This document shows positions 8,501 to 20,500 of a stretch of 64,000 bases of DNA, piece by piece. Under the pieces are notes generated by a model that worked only from the letters and a program-made list of their open reading frames with translations, ran no database searches and had not been told where the DNA came from. The DNA comes from an uncultured bacterium (GTDB lineage: Bacteria > Krumholzibacteriota > Krumholzibacteriia > Krumholzibacteriales > Krumholzibacteriaceae), in NCBI GenBank assembly GCA_963813815.1, contig CAWFAD010000012.1, positions 147,590 to 211,589 on the forward strand. Direction: 5' to 3'. Every line of letters starts with the position of its first letter. The stretch's first letter is position 1. A program made the translations under genes and the position numbers.

Positions 8501-11500
8501 TTCGCCACGGCGATCTTGAAGAGCGCCGATTGCGAGCCAGCCTCGACCTTGCAGAGATACACGCCGTTTCTCACCGTTTCTCCGCGGGCGTTCCGCCCGT
8601 CCCAGGGGATCTCATGCATGATCCCGTCGGCGGAGCCGGTGCCGCCCTCCTCGCCCGAGGCGATTTCCTTCGTCCAGACGAGAATGCCGGCGAGATCGTA
8701 AATGCGGATCGATACCGCCGCGTCCTCGAGCAGGAAGTAGCAAATGCGCGTTTCCTGCGATCCCGCGGCGAAGGGGTTCGGATAGTTGTGGACATAATCC
8801 TCGAAGCGCGCGCTCAGAACGGTCAGCGGACCGCTCAGGAACGAGCCGGCGATGTCCCCGCCCTGATCGTCCACGACGCCGACGCGCGATCCCGCGCCGC
8901 CGCCCTCGAGCGTGATCGAGAAAACGACGTCGGCGCTCTCTTCGATTTCGAAGCGAATCTCCCCTGCCGGGGCGTTCGCCGCGATATCGGCGGTGAGGAG
9001 CAGCGTGTCAGCGGCGCCGGGAACGACCTCGAACGCATGTCCCGCCACGATCGGCACCGGGTTCGCCTCCGAGACCGCCGCCTCGAAGCGAACCCCTCCC
9101 GCCACGAGCGCGACGCCCGACACCCGCCGCGAAGGCGGCGAGACGAGCCGGCCGGTCCCGTCCTTGATCGCCACGTAGAGCGTATCGAGCCCGATCGTGT
9201 AACCCGACGTGTTCTCGAACTCGGCGCGCATGATCGGCACGCCGGCGGCCCCCTGGGGAACGACGACCGGCGGGATGGTATCGAGGGAGGAGAGGTTCAA
9301 CATGCGCACGGCGCCCGTCTCCGTCTGCACCGGCAGGAACACTTCGCCCGTCGTCACCGCGCAGGCGAGGTTCGTGTTGACGTCCTCCGCCAGCGGCTCG
9401 ACGAACCTGATCTGCAGGTTCCCGGGGGACGTGGGCTCGGCGGGCGCGCGCACGTTCCACGCGACGGGCTCGCCCGGATAGAACGGCTTCCGGTAGGTCT
9501 CGCCCGCTCCGTCGAGATCGTAATTCTGGCCCGAGGGCAGGACGAGCTCGATCCGCGCTCCCGCCGTGTCGACGCCCGCCTCGCCCGCATTGGCCGCCGT
9601 CGCTTCGATCGTGAACGACTGATTCACGGACAGGATCCCGTCGAGCGCCCCGTCGGGACCCGATATCCGCCCGGCGAGGGCGAGAGCCGCTTTTTCGACC
9701 GCGCGCACGGCGAACACGACGCGGCGAACGGGGAGCCGCTCGCCCGAGTTGGCGTCCACGCCTCCCGCCCGTCCGACGAGCGTGTCGACCGGAGCGGCGA
9801 TCGAGGGCGCCCGAACGGTCCAATCGAGCGTTACGAGCTCTCCGGCGCCGGCTCCGACAAACTTGATCATGTCCCCCGCGACGGCGTACCCGGCGGGCGC
9901 CGAGAGCTCGGCCCACACCGAATCGGCGTTGACCGAGGGAACGAGCGCCACGCGCGCGACGAACTCCTGATCCGTCGAGAGAACGCCGTCGACGGCTCCC
10001 GCGGGGGCCGCCACGGACACCGAGCATTCGGCGATGCCTCCGGCCTCTTCCGTACGCGCGACGATGCGCGACTCGGCGGTTTGGATTGCCGCGGGCGAGC
10101 CGATATTGATGTCGTTCGGAACGGAGCTGATCGACGCCCGCAGGGTGTCGAGCGACGGAGCCGCCGGCGCTACCAGCGTCCACTCGAGCGGCGCGCCCGC
10201 GTCGAACCGCCTCGTGAGCGGATCCGCCGGATCGGCGAGGCTCATCGAGACCGGCAACGCGAGCGTCACCCTGCCCGTCGTATCGATCGCGGCTTCTCCC
10301 GCGTTTTCGACGAGAACGGTCACGACGAAGATCTGACCGGTCGAAAGCGTGTCGTCGATCGCCCCCGCCGGCGAGGTGATGGAAGCGCCGCACGCGAGGA
10401 GCGCGGCGGTTTCAATCCTCAGATTCTCGATCGACTCGACGGCCTCCGCCGGCGTCACGGGCTCTCCCGTGTTGACGGAAACCGCCTTCACGATCGAGGC
10501 GCGCAGATATTCCACGGCGCTCGACGGCGCCGCCGTCACCGCGTAGACGAAATCCCGTTCGGTTCGCGACGGCATGTAGGCGAGAGAGTCTCCCTCGACG
10601 AGGGTGCCCGAAACGCCGCTCGTCGCGAGCCTCACGAGAACGCTGTCGAGATCGTCCCCGCCCGTATTCTCCACCCGCACCGTGAGGTTGAAGGTCTGGC
10701 CGGTGTTGACGATCGACGTGTTCGCGAATGAGGCGTTGTTCGGCGCGTCGCTCGTCACGGCGACTATTCTGAGCCCGGAAGGAGGCCGCACGAGCACCGA
10801 TCCGCTCCCCGAGGCCGGCGGTCGCGGCGCCTCGGGCTCGTTGCCGTCGATCCAACCGAGCGTGGCGGCGATATCGACCGAGCCGGTATCGCGGCCCGTC
10901 GCGGCGATTCGATAGAGAAGCGTATCGGCCGCGCCTCCCTCGAGCACGAGCGGCGAGGCTCCCGACACGAAGGTCTCCGGCGCGATGACGAGGTACCCTC
11001 CGACCGAAACGCCGTCGATGGAGAATGCCAGATCGTCCGAAGCGGCGGCGTCGATCTCGAGCGGCGCCTCGCCGTCGTTCCGCACGCCGACATCGATGGT
11101 CCACTCGATGGTCTGTCCGGCGTTCACCGCCTCCTGCGAAGGGGTGACGGCGGTCACGACGAGCGCCGCCGGTCTCTGTATCACGGCCAGCGCCGTATCA
11201 TCCACGGCGGCGTCGAACAGCACGTAATCGCTCTCACCCGAGTTGGCGTCGACGGCCGAGCGGATGCGCGCCGTGAAAATCTCCGAGCCCTCGCCATCCG
11301 CGGTCACGAGAAACGTGTCGGAAGCCGACGCGAACCCGGCGATGGCATCGATGAAGACGAGGGTGTCGGCGATGGCGGACGAGCCCGAACCCTCGAGCGC
11401 GACGCCGACGTTCTCGACTCGCGCCTCGCCGCCGTTCGCAACTTCGGCGACGACGACGAACTGCTGCCCCGAGTCGACGTACGGCGCGCGCGGAGCCGCG

Positions 11501-14500
11501 GTGGCCGCGAGCGCGACCGCCAGCCGGGCCTGCGCCTGCACGCGGATCGAGCCCGAACCCGAGCCGTCGAGCCGCGTGTCGTAGGAACGATGAACGCCGT
11601 TGTTGTTCTCCACGAGCTCGACGTCCGCATGGAGCTCGATGTCGGCGCCCGCGGGAATCTCCGGCGTCGGAGAAACGGAGAACACGAGGTGGCGGCATTC
11701 GCCGCCCGGCAGATCGAGCCCCCCCTCGACGAACGCCGGCGGCCGCGCATGGGCGAGCGGCAGACCCTCGTCGCGGTAGACGCGCGCGCTGTCGGGGATG
11801 AGCGTGAGATCAGCCTCCCCCGCGTTGCAGACCTCGCACGCGATCTGCCACGGGGTCGTTTGCGCCGAGGTCACGGTCGCCCGCGAGGGCGCGCTCGAAA
11901 CGACGGCGGGATCGCCGGGCAGCTCGACCATGACGTGGCTGAAACCGCCGCTATAGGTATCGTCAGAGACGGTGAGATTGCTGTTGACGTCGGTGCCCGT
12001 CACCGTTCCGTTCACGAGGGCGATGCCCGGGGTCGAACCCGTGGAGGTCACCGTGAAGAGGAGACTGTCGACCGCCCCTCCCGGAAGAATGGCGCCTCCG
12101 ATGCCCGAGAGCGCCGCCGGGCGTACGACGGTATATTCATACGTCCGGTCTCCCACCCCGACGATCGTAAAGGTGAGGAAGGTCTTCGCCGCCGCGAGAT
12201 CGAGGGAAACGGACGCCTCGCCGCTGTTCCGGAGCTTCATCCATACGTTCCACGGCTCCGTCTGGGAGCGGGTCACCGATTGAGGCGTGACGATGCCGCT
12301 GATACCGAGCTGGGGCGCCTGCTCCACGAGAACGGAATCGGGCGAGAGCGGCAGCACGGTCGAGAACGGATTGCCGTTCTCCTCCCCGACGAGCCGGATG
12401 AACGCGGCGTGCCTGCCGAGCGAGAGAGCGACGTCGACGAGCGCGGCGTCGAAGAGCAGCGTTTGCTGGCTCGCGCTCGGCAGCACGTTGGGGGACACGT
12501 CCGAAAGCGACGTGCGGACGGTGTCGCCGTCGGCGTCGCCGAAGCTGAGCGTCGTCGCCGAGCGATCGAGCGTGAGGGTCGAGCGCAGACCGGCATCCGC
12601 GGCGATAGCCGCCTCGAACGAGACGCTCGTGCCGCTGCTCGCGGCGAGTGGAGCGAGGCTTCCCGTCACGTACGACGGATCGGGAGGCAGCTCGAACGTG
12701 ACGGTATCCTCCGGCGCCGCCCGCGACGCGAAGACGTGCCGGTCGCTCGTCGTTTCCACGGCGAGAACGGAGCCCGCGAGCGCCAGCGTTCCCGGAGAGA
12801 TCATTCCCGTCGTCGACACGGTGAACACGAGCCGCCCCGCGGCGCCGCCGCGCAGAACGGTTCCGCCCTCGACGAGCGCGAGCGGATTGTCGATGACGAA
12901 CCCCGATCCCCCCGGAATCACGACCCGGGTCGAATCGATCCGCCCCAGCTCGAGCGCCGCGTCCGACTGCCCGGTGTTGCGCACTTCCATTTCGACGCTC
13001 CACGCGCGATCCTGCGATACGGTCACGGGATTCTGGAGCGGCGTGATGCGGGAGATCGCGAGCGCGGCGGGCGTCTGCACGAGCACGTCCCCGCTGATTC
13101 CCTGATCGCCGCTCGCGAGAGAAATAATCCTGCCGCTCGTGAGCTCCGTGCCCCGGACGGTCGACTCGACGACGCAGGGTCCGGCGACCGAGCCGCTCCG
13201 GTCGATCCGCCAGCGGAGCGTATCCGTCGATCCTCCCTCGAGCACGACGCCGCCTCCGGCGAGCTCGACCGGCGGAACGACGATGAAATCGCCCGAGGTC
13301 GAGAAGGCGATAAAGCTGGCCGCCGGATCGAGATCGAGCCCGAGGTCGGATTGACCGGCGTTCCGCACCGCCACGTCGCAGAACCAATCCTTCGTCTGAA
13401 GCGCCGTGACCGTGTCCGTCGAGGCCGTGACGGCCGCGAAGACGAGGCTCGCCGGCGTCTGCACGAGATAGCTCCCCTTGCCTCCGTACTCGGTCGTGGC
13501 GAGCAACGAAGCGCCGCTATTGAGATCCCGCCCCGCGAGAGCGGATTCGATGACGATCGTGCCCGTCGTCATGGCCCCGGAGGGATTGTCATCGAGCCTC
13601 ACGAGAATCGCGCGCGTTTCGCCGCCGAGGAGAGAGTCGACATTGGGCGTGAAATCGAGCGGCGCGAGGATGCATTCCCCCGTCACATCGACCGGCCCGG
13701 CGAGGAGGCGCATGGAAAAGCTCTCGAGGCGCACGGTGGCTCCGCCGTTGTTCCTGACCTGCACGCTCGCGAACCAGGGGGTCGCCTGATCCGCCGTGAC
13801 CATGGGGGCGGGCAGCACCGTCGTGCTCGTGATGGCGAGCTGCGAGGGCTCTTGTACCCCGACGCTATCGGCGAGCGCGAAGATCGACGCGAAACGGAGG
13901 CCGTTCTCGGATCCTCCGATCGCGAGTGAAGGCGGGTAGCTCCCGACGGCCATGTCTGAGGGCACGACGGCCGCTCTGAAATAGAGCGTCGCGACGCCGG
14001 GATCGATCGTTCGCCCGCGCGTCGCGTCGAGGGAGGCGGCATACGTCAGGGAGCCGTCCGTGAAGGTGAACCACGTCGAGTCGGGATCGCAGAGGACGCT
14101 CGCGCCCCCCGAGTTGGCCACGCCGACACCGAACGAGACGTCGCTCTGCTTGCTCACAACCGCCGGGGCGAGAGTGCCTATCACGTACGAGACCGCCGCG
14201 GGATCCACGACCCTCATCTCGTCGGAGAGAACGAGCGTCGTATCGAAAAACCCGCCGTTTTCGGTTCCGCGGAGCCGCACCGCGACAGGCCAGCTTCCCG
14301 CGTCCATGGCCGTAGGCACAGAGACCGGCGGAAACACGAGCGCCGTGGCCGTGTTGCCCGGGATCGCCCCCGCGTAACCGAGCGGGACGGAAACGGCGTC
14401 GGCTCCGTCCGTGAAGGAGAGCCTCGTCTCCGACGGATCGAGTATGAGCGCCGCGTCGCCGGCGTTGCGCACGGAGAGGGAGAACGAATGCGTCTGCCCT

Positions 14501-17500
14501 CGCGATACGGTGTCCGGATCGAGCGTGGAGGCGACGTAGGACAGCGACGCCGCCGCCTGCACGAAGATGACCGACACGTTCGGATAGGCCGTTTGATCCT
14601 GCACCTGCGAGCCGTTGGCCTGCGCGGTGATCGACGCGTCGATCGTGTCGAAACCGAGCGGAGAGTAGCCGAGAGCGAATATATCATGACGGTAGAGCCG
14701 CTCCGCCCCCGGAGCGAGATCGTCCGGAAGCGGCGGATTCCAATCGCCGGCCATACCGTAGAAACCATTCGCGAACTTCAACGTTATGTCGATCACCGAC
14801 ACCGTCGAGCCGCCGCCGTTGCGCACGCGCACGTCCACGGTGAACGTGTCCCCCCGGCTCACGATCGCTTTCTCGGAAACGACCTGCAGGATGTCGACGT
14901 CCGAGACCGATACCGAATTCGATCCGGCGCTGAACTCGCCGCGGTACGAGAAACCGTAGATATCGTTCCCCGCGAGCGCCACGCGCGGCGTGTACGTGCC
15001 GCCGAGCAGGCCGGCGGGAACGACGACCGTTTGGAAGTCGAGCGTATCGGTCGCGGAGCCCCGCAGAAACGCGGGTGCCGCGAGATGAGCCTCGTAGACG
15101 TGTCCGAGACTGTCCGCGAACGATATGGTCGTCGCGGTCGAAAGGTACGTTCCCGTCGGACTCGTGTTGGAGGTCGAGCAGCGGAACTGAGCCGGCTCCG
15201 TGGGAAGGAGATGCCGCGGCGCGAGGTAGCCCGCATAGAGGCAAACGGGCGCCGGAGCGAACACCACGGCCACCGATCCGACCGCGCTTCCAGTGACGCT
15301 CTGGAACTCGACCGTCGAAACGGCCGGCGAGGTCGCGGAACGAACGAAGACGGACACCGCGCCGCTCGCCTCCGTCTGGCGCTCGACGGTGAGCGGCGTC
15401 GAGGGATCCTTGTCTTCGCTGATGACCGTTCCGGCGGAGGCCGTGACGCGCACGAGGGTGCCCGGCGCGACGACGTTGCCGTAGACATCGCGTATCGCCC
15501 CCGTGCTGATGGCGCTCGTGCTCGTGCCGTTCGCCGTGATGGTGTCGGGGATCACCGTCGCGATGCCGATCGCCCCGCTCGGCGCCTCGGGCGACACCGT
15601 GATCGTGCCGCTGTAGCTCGTGGCGCCCCCGGCGAGCGTCCGGGCCCGGAGAACGAGGAGCTCCGCGACGGTATCCCGGGCGCTCGCGGTCGCGCGGCCG
15701 GCCGACAGCGTGACCGGGTTTACGGCGAACGTCGCGGAGCCGTCGCTCGCGAGCAGCACCCGGGTCGTGTCGTCGTCGAACGCTTCGTTCCCGTACCCGT
15801 CGTACGCGATTATCTCGACGGCGAAGCTCTCCCCCGCCTTTTTGGCGAAACCGTCCGGAATGACGTCGAACCGGGCGATGGTGCCCGCGATCGTCCCGAC
15901 GTCGAACACGACCTGCTCGAGCAGGGGCGGCGAGGCGTCGAGAATGGAGGCCGAAACCGAATTGACGCCGGCATTCGCGTCGGTCGTGAGCGCGCAGAGC
16001 GCCGCGCCGCCGGCGTCCGTGAGAACGAGCCCGTCGTTCGCGGCGCCGGTGCCGTCCCAGAGGACCGGGGATCCGCCGAGATCGCTCGTGACCTGAAAGC
16101 GAACGATCTCGTCCGGCGCGGCGTTGCCGTACCGGTCCGTCACGCGGGCCCTGAGATCGACGGAAGCCCCCGCGATGACCCCGGAGGTGTCTCCGTTGAC
16201 CTCGACGACGCGGTAGGCGGCCGCCGGTTCGATCGCGATCTCCGCGCTCCAGGGAGCGAGCGTATCTCCGGCGAGCGAGAGGACGGCGATGCGGTTCGCC
16301 CCCGCCGTCGAATCGAAAGCCGTGAACGAGGAGACGCCCGCGAGAAGCGTCATGACATCCGGGGTGAAATCGATCGACGCGCGCTCGGCCACCGCCCTGA
16401 GCCCGGTGCTCGAATCGGTATCGATCAGGTTACCGTAAACGTCGTACGCCGCGACCTCGCAGGTGAACATTTCTCCGGCCGTGAAGGACGTTCCGGGCAG
16501 CGACAGCGCGACACGGTCGATGGCGCTCCGCGGAACGGTCGTCACGGTGAATCCCTGCGTCTCGAGACCCTCGGGACTCGCGTCGAGAATGGCGGCGCGC
16601 GCCCGATTCGTCCCGCAGAGCGTATCCGTGCGGAACCAAGCCCGAGCGACGCCCGCAGCGTCGCTCACCGCGAGCGGCGACGAGATCGCCCCGCCGCCTT
16701 CCTGCACGGTAAAGAACACGCTGTGGCCGTCGACCGTGTTGCCGTACGCGTCGAGCACACGCGCGGCGAGACGCACCGAATCCCCCACGGCGACTCCCGA
16801 GCTGTCCCCGCCGATCTTCACGAGCTGGTAGGCCGCTGCGTTGCCCACGGAGACGGCGCCGCTATACCCCTTGACGGCATTGCTCACGCTCGAGACCTCG
16901 ACGCGGATGGGCTCCGCCACGGTGTACCGGAAATTGGCGCCGGCAAAGAGCCCGTTCACGAGCGTTCCGCTCGCGGGCGAAAGGGCGCTCGAGGCCGTCT
17001 GTGTGCTGTCGGAAGCCTCGACGGCCCTGAAATCGACCGTATAGCCGGCGGAGGCGACCCGGTTGCCGTAGAGATCGCGCGCCTCGGCCGTGACGGCGAA
17101 CTCCGCCCCCGCGACCGCAGCGGCGGGAGCGGTGACGACGTAGGAGCTCACGACATCGTTCGCCACGATGAGAATCGGAATCTGCGCCGGCGCGAGGACC
17201 GCCGCTTCGTCCAGAGCGTCGATCTGCCATGAGCCGGCCCGCGTGCCTCGACCGTAGATGATAACGGCTCCCGAGGCGAGGTCCGCTTCGGTGATCGTCG
17301 CGCCGAAATCGCTCAAGCTGAACGAGAAGCCGCCGTCGACCGACGCTTGGAGAAGTATGCGGCTCGAGTTCGCGAGGTCCCGGTTGCCGTTCCCGTCGAC
17401 CGCCTCGACGACGAAGGAGAAGGTGATGCCCGCCTGCGACGTCGCCCCGGCGAGAACGGTCGCCCGCAGATCGGTCGCCCCGCTCGAAACGGACGAATAG

Positions 17501-20500
17501 ACGGCGTCGACGACGCTGGCGGAAGATACGGTGTTCGTGTAAGCGTCGATGGCGTCTTGCGCCCCGGCCGAGGCGGGGGCATGATACGTGACCGAAACGG
17601 TGCCGGTGCTATCGCTCGTGCCGCGGCGCATCGACAGAGTGAGCTCTTCCGTCGTGCTGCCGGCCGCTGCGCTCAGATAGCCGTCGGCGGGAGTGTCCTT
17701 GATGTAGATCGTGACGTTTTCGTTGAAAACGAGGTTGTTGAAACCGTCCCGGAGCGTGGCCGTTACGGTCGTTTCCGTGTTCACCGTCACCGGCTTGCTC
17801 GCGGGGGCGAGCGCGACGGAGGCGACAGGTCCGTGATCGGTCGTCGCCGTGAAGACCGCTTCGCGAACGGTCCCGGTGGAAATCGCCGCCGTCGCTTCGT
17901 TCGTGTTGAGACCGGCGACCGTTCCGAGCCGCCAGTATTCGCAGGATGCCGTTCCCGCGCCGCCCGTGACCGCCGTGGTCTGCACGCCCGCGAGCGCGAC
18001 GCTCGCGTCGATCGCGCCGCCCCCCGCCGTGGCGGCGAAGGCCACCGTGACGCCGGGCACCCGGTTTCCGAATGCATCCTCGACCGCGACGACGAGCTGC
18101 AGCGGCACCGGCGTATTGACGACCGCCCGCTGTCCGTCTCCGCTCACGGCGTAGACTCTATCCGCGCCCGCCGGAGAAACGGCGAGCGCCGTGGCGGACG
18201 CCGACGACACGCCGCCACTCGCCGCGGCGATCGTGATCGACTCCGCCAGGCGGTCCGTGATGAGGAGCTCCGCGTCCCCGCCGTCGATCGAGACGAACTG
18301 ATAGGTCACGGTATCGCCGGCTTCGGACACGATGAAGCCCGCGGCGTTTCCGAGCCCCCACGTCGCCTCGTCGGCGGCCGCGGCCCTCACCGGATATACT
18401 TTGACCGTTCCGGCGAACGAGGTGAGCTTGTTGTTGTTGGCGTCCCGGGCGTCGATCGACACCGCCGCGGGAACCCCGGCCGTAGCCGTCCCGCCGTGCG
18501 TGACGATAAAGTGGTGGAGCGCTCCCGCCGTAAACGCCACGGGTACGACGTCATCGAGGAGAGCGCCTCCCGCGCGCGCCCGGATGCTCTTTATCTCCGC
18601 CACGGTCGACCGGACGCTCCCGGCCGCCCGGCCGTCCGCGCCCGTCACGACCGAGGGCTGAGCAATAGTGTTGCCGCTTCCCGTGCATTCGAGGGTCACG
18701 AGAACGCCGGGGATCGGATTCGAATCGGCGTCGCGCACGTACACGGTCACGATCACGGCATCCGCGCCGTCGGCGATGATCGCCGTTTTGTCGACCTGGA
18801 TCTCGGAAACTACCGGGTCGAAGGGGCCCGGCACAAAGCTCACGGCGGCTCCCGCCGTGACGAGCGCACCGTCCACGCGAGCCCGAATCGTTTTCGTCTC
18901 GGCGACGGTCGATTTCACGCCGCCCCTCGCAAGGCCGTCCGGGCCCGTGAGCCCGACCGGCTGCCGTATGTCGTTCCCGCTCCCCGTGCACTCGAGCGCC
19001 ACGACGCTCCCCGAGATCGGGTTCCCTTCCCCATCCCGAACAGTCACCGTCACGAGCACGGAATCGGCGCCGTCGGCCGTGATCGTCGTCTTGCTCACAT
19101 CGAGGTCGGATACGTCAGGAGAGAAAGGCCCCGCCGCGAACGTGACAGGAATGCTCTCCGCCAAATAAACCGCGTCAACGAGCGCGCGTATCGTCTTACC
19201 CTCGGCCGCGGTCGATTTCACGCTTCCAACGGCCCGGCCCAGTACGTCGGTGAGGCTCCCCGGCTGCCGGATCGAGTTCTCCGTTCCCGTGCACACGATC
19301 GTCACGGCCTTGCCCGAGATCGGGTTCCCCTGCCCGTCCCGGACAGTCACCGTCACAACGATCGAGTCCACCCCGTCCGCCGTCGCCGTCGTCTTGCTCA
19401 CCGCAATGTCCGACACCGACGGATCAAACGGTCCCGTCACGAACGAGACGGGAATGCTCTCCACCAGGTAAACCGCGTCAACGAGCGCGCTGATCGTCTT
19501 CCCCTCGGCCGCGGTCGATTTCACGCTTCCAACGGCCCGGCCCAGTGCGTCGGTGAGGCTCCCCGGCTGCCGGATCGAGTTCTCCGTTCCCGTGCACTCG
19601 AGCGCCACAACGCTCCCCGAGATCGGGTTCCCCTGCCCGTCACGAACAGTCACCGTCACAACGATCGAGTCCACCCCGTCCGCCGTCGCCGTCGTCTTGC
19701 TCACCGCAATGTCCGACACCGACGGATCAAACGGACCCGTCACAAAGCTCACCGCCACGAGCTCCGTCAGATATATCCCGTTCGCTCGAGCGCGTATCGT
19801 CTTGCCCTCCGCCACCGTCGACGCCACGCTCCCCACCGCCACCCCACTCGCGTTCGTCACCGCACCCGGCTGCCGTACGTCGTTCCCGCTCCCCGTGCAC
19901 TCGAGCGCCACAACGCTCCCCGAGATCGGGTTCCCCTGCCCGTCACGAACAGTCACCGTCACAACGATCGAGTCCACCCCGTCCGCCGTCGCCGTCGTCT
20001 TGCTCACCGCAATGTCCGACACCGACGGATCAAACGGACCCGTCACAAAGCTCACCACCACCTGCTCCGTCAGATATATCCCGTTCGCTCGAGCACGTAT
20101 CGTCTTGCCCTCCGCCACCGTCGACGCCACGCTCCCCACCGCCACCCCACTCGCGTTCGTCACCGCACCCGGCTGCCGTACGTCGTTCCCGCTCCCCGTG
20201 CACTCGAGCGCCACGACGCTCCCCGAGATCGGGTTCCCCTCCCCGTCTCGAACAGTCACCGTCACAACGATCGAGTCCACCCCGTCAGCCGTCGCCGTCG
20301 TCTTGCTCACCGCAATGTCCGACACCGACGGATCAAACGGACCCGTCACAAAGCTCACCGCCACGAGCTCCGTCAGATATATCCCGTTCGCTCGAGCGCG
20401 TATCGTCTTGCCCTCCGCCACCGTCGACGCCACGCTCCCCACCGCCACCCCACTCGCGTTCGTCACCGCACCCGGCTGCCGTACGTCGTTCCCGCTCCCC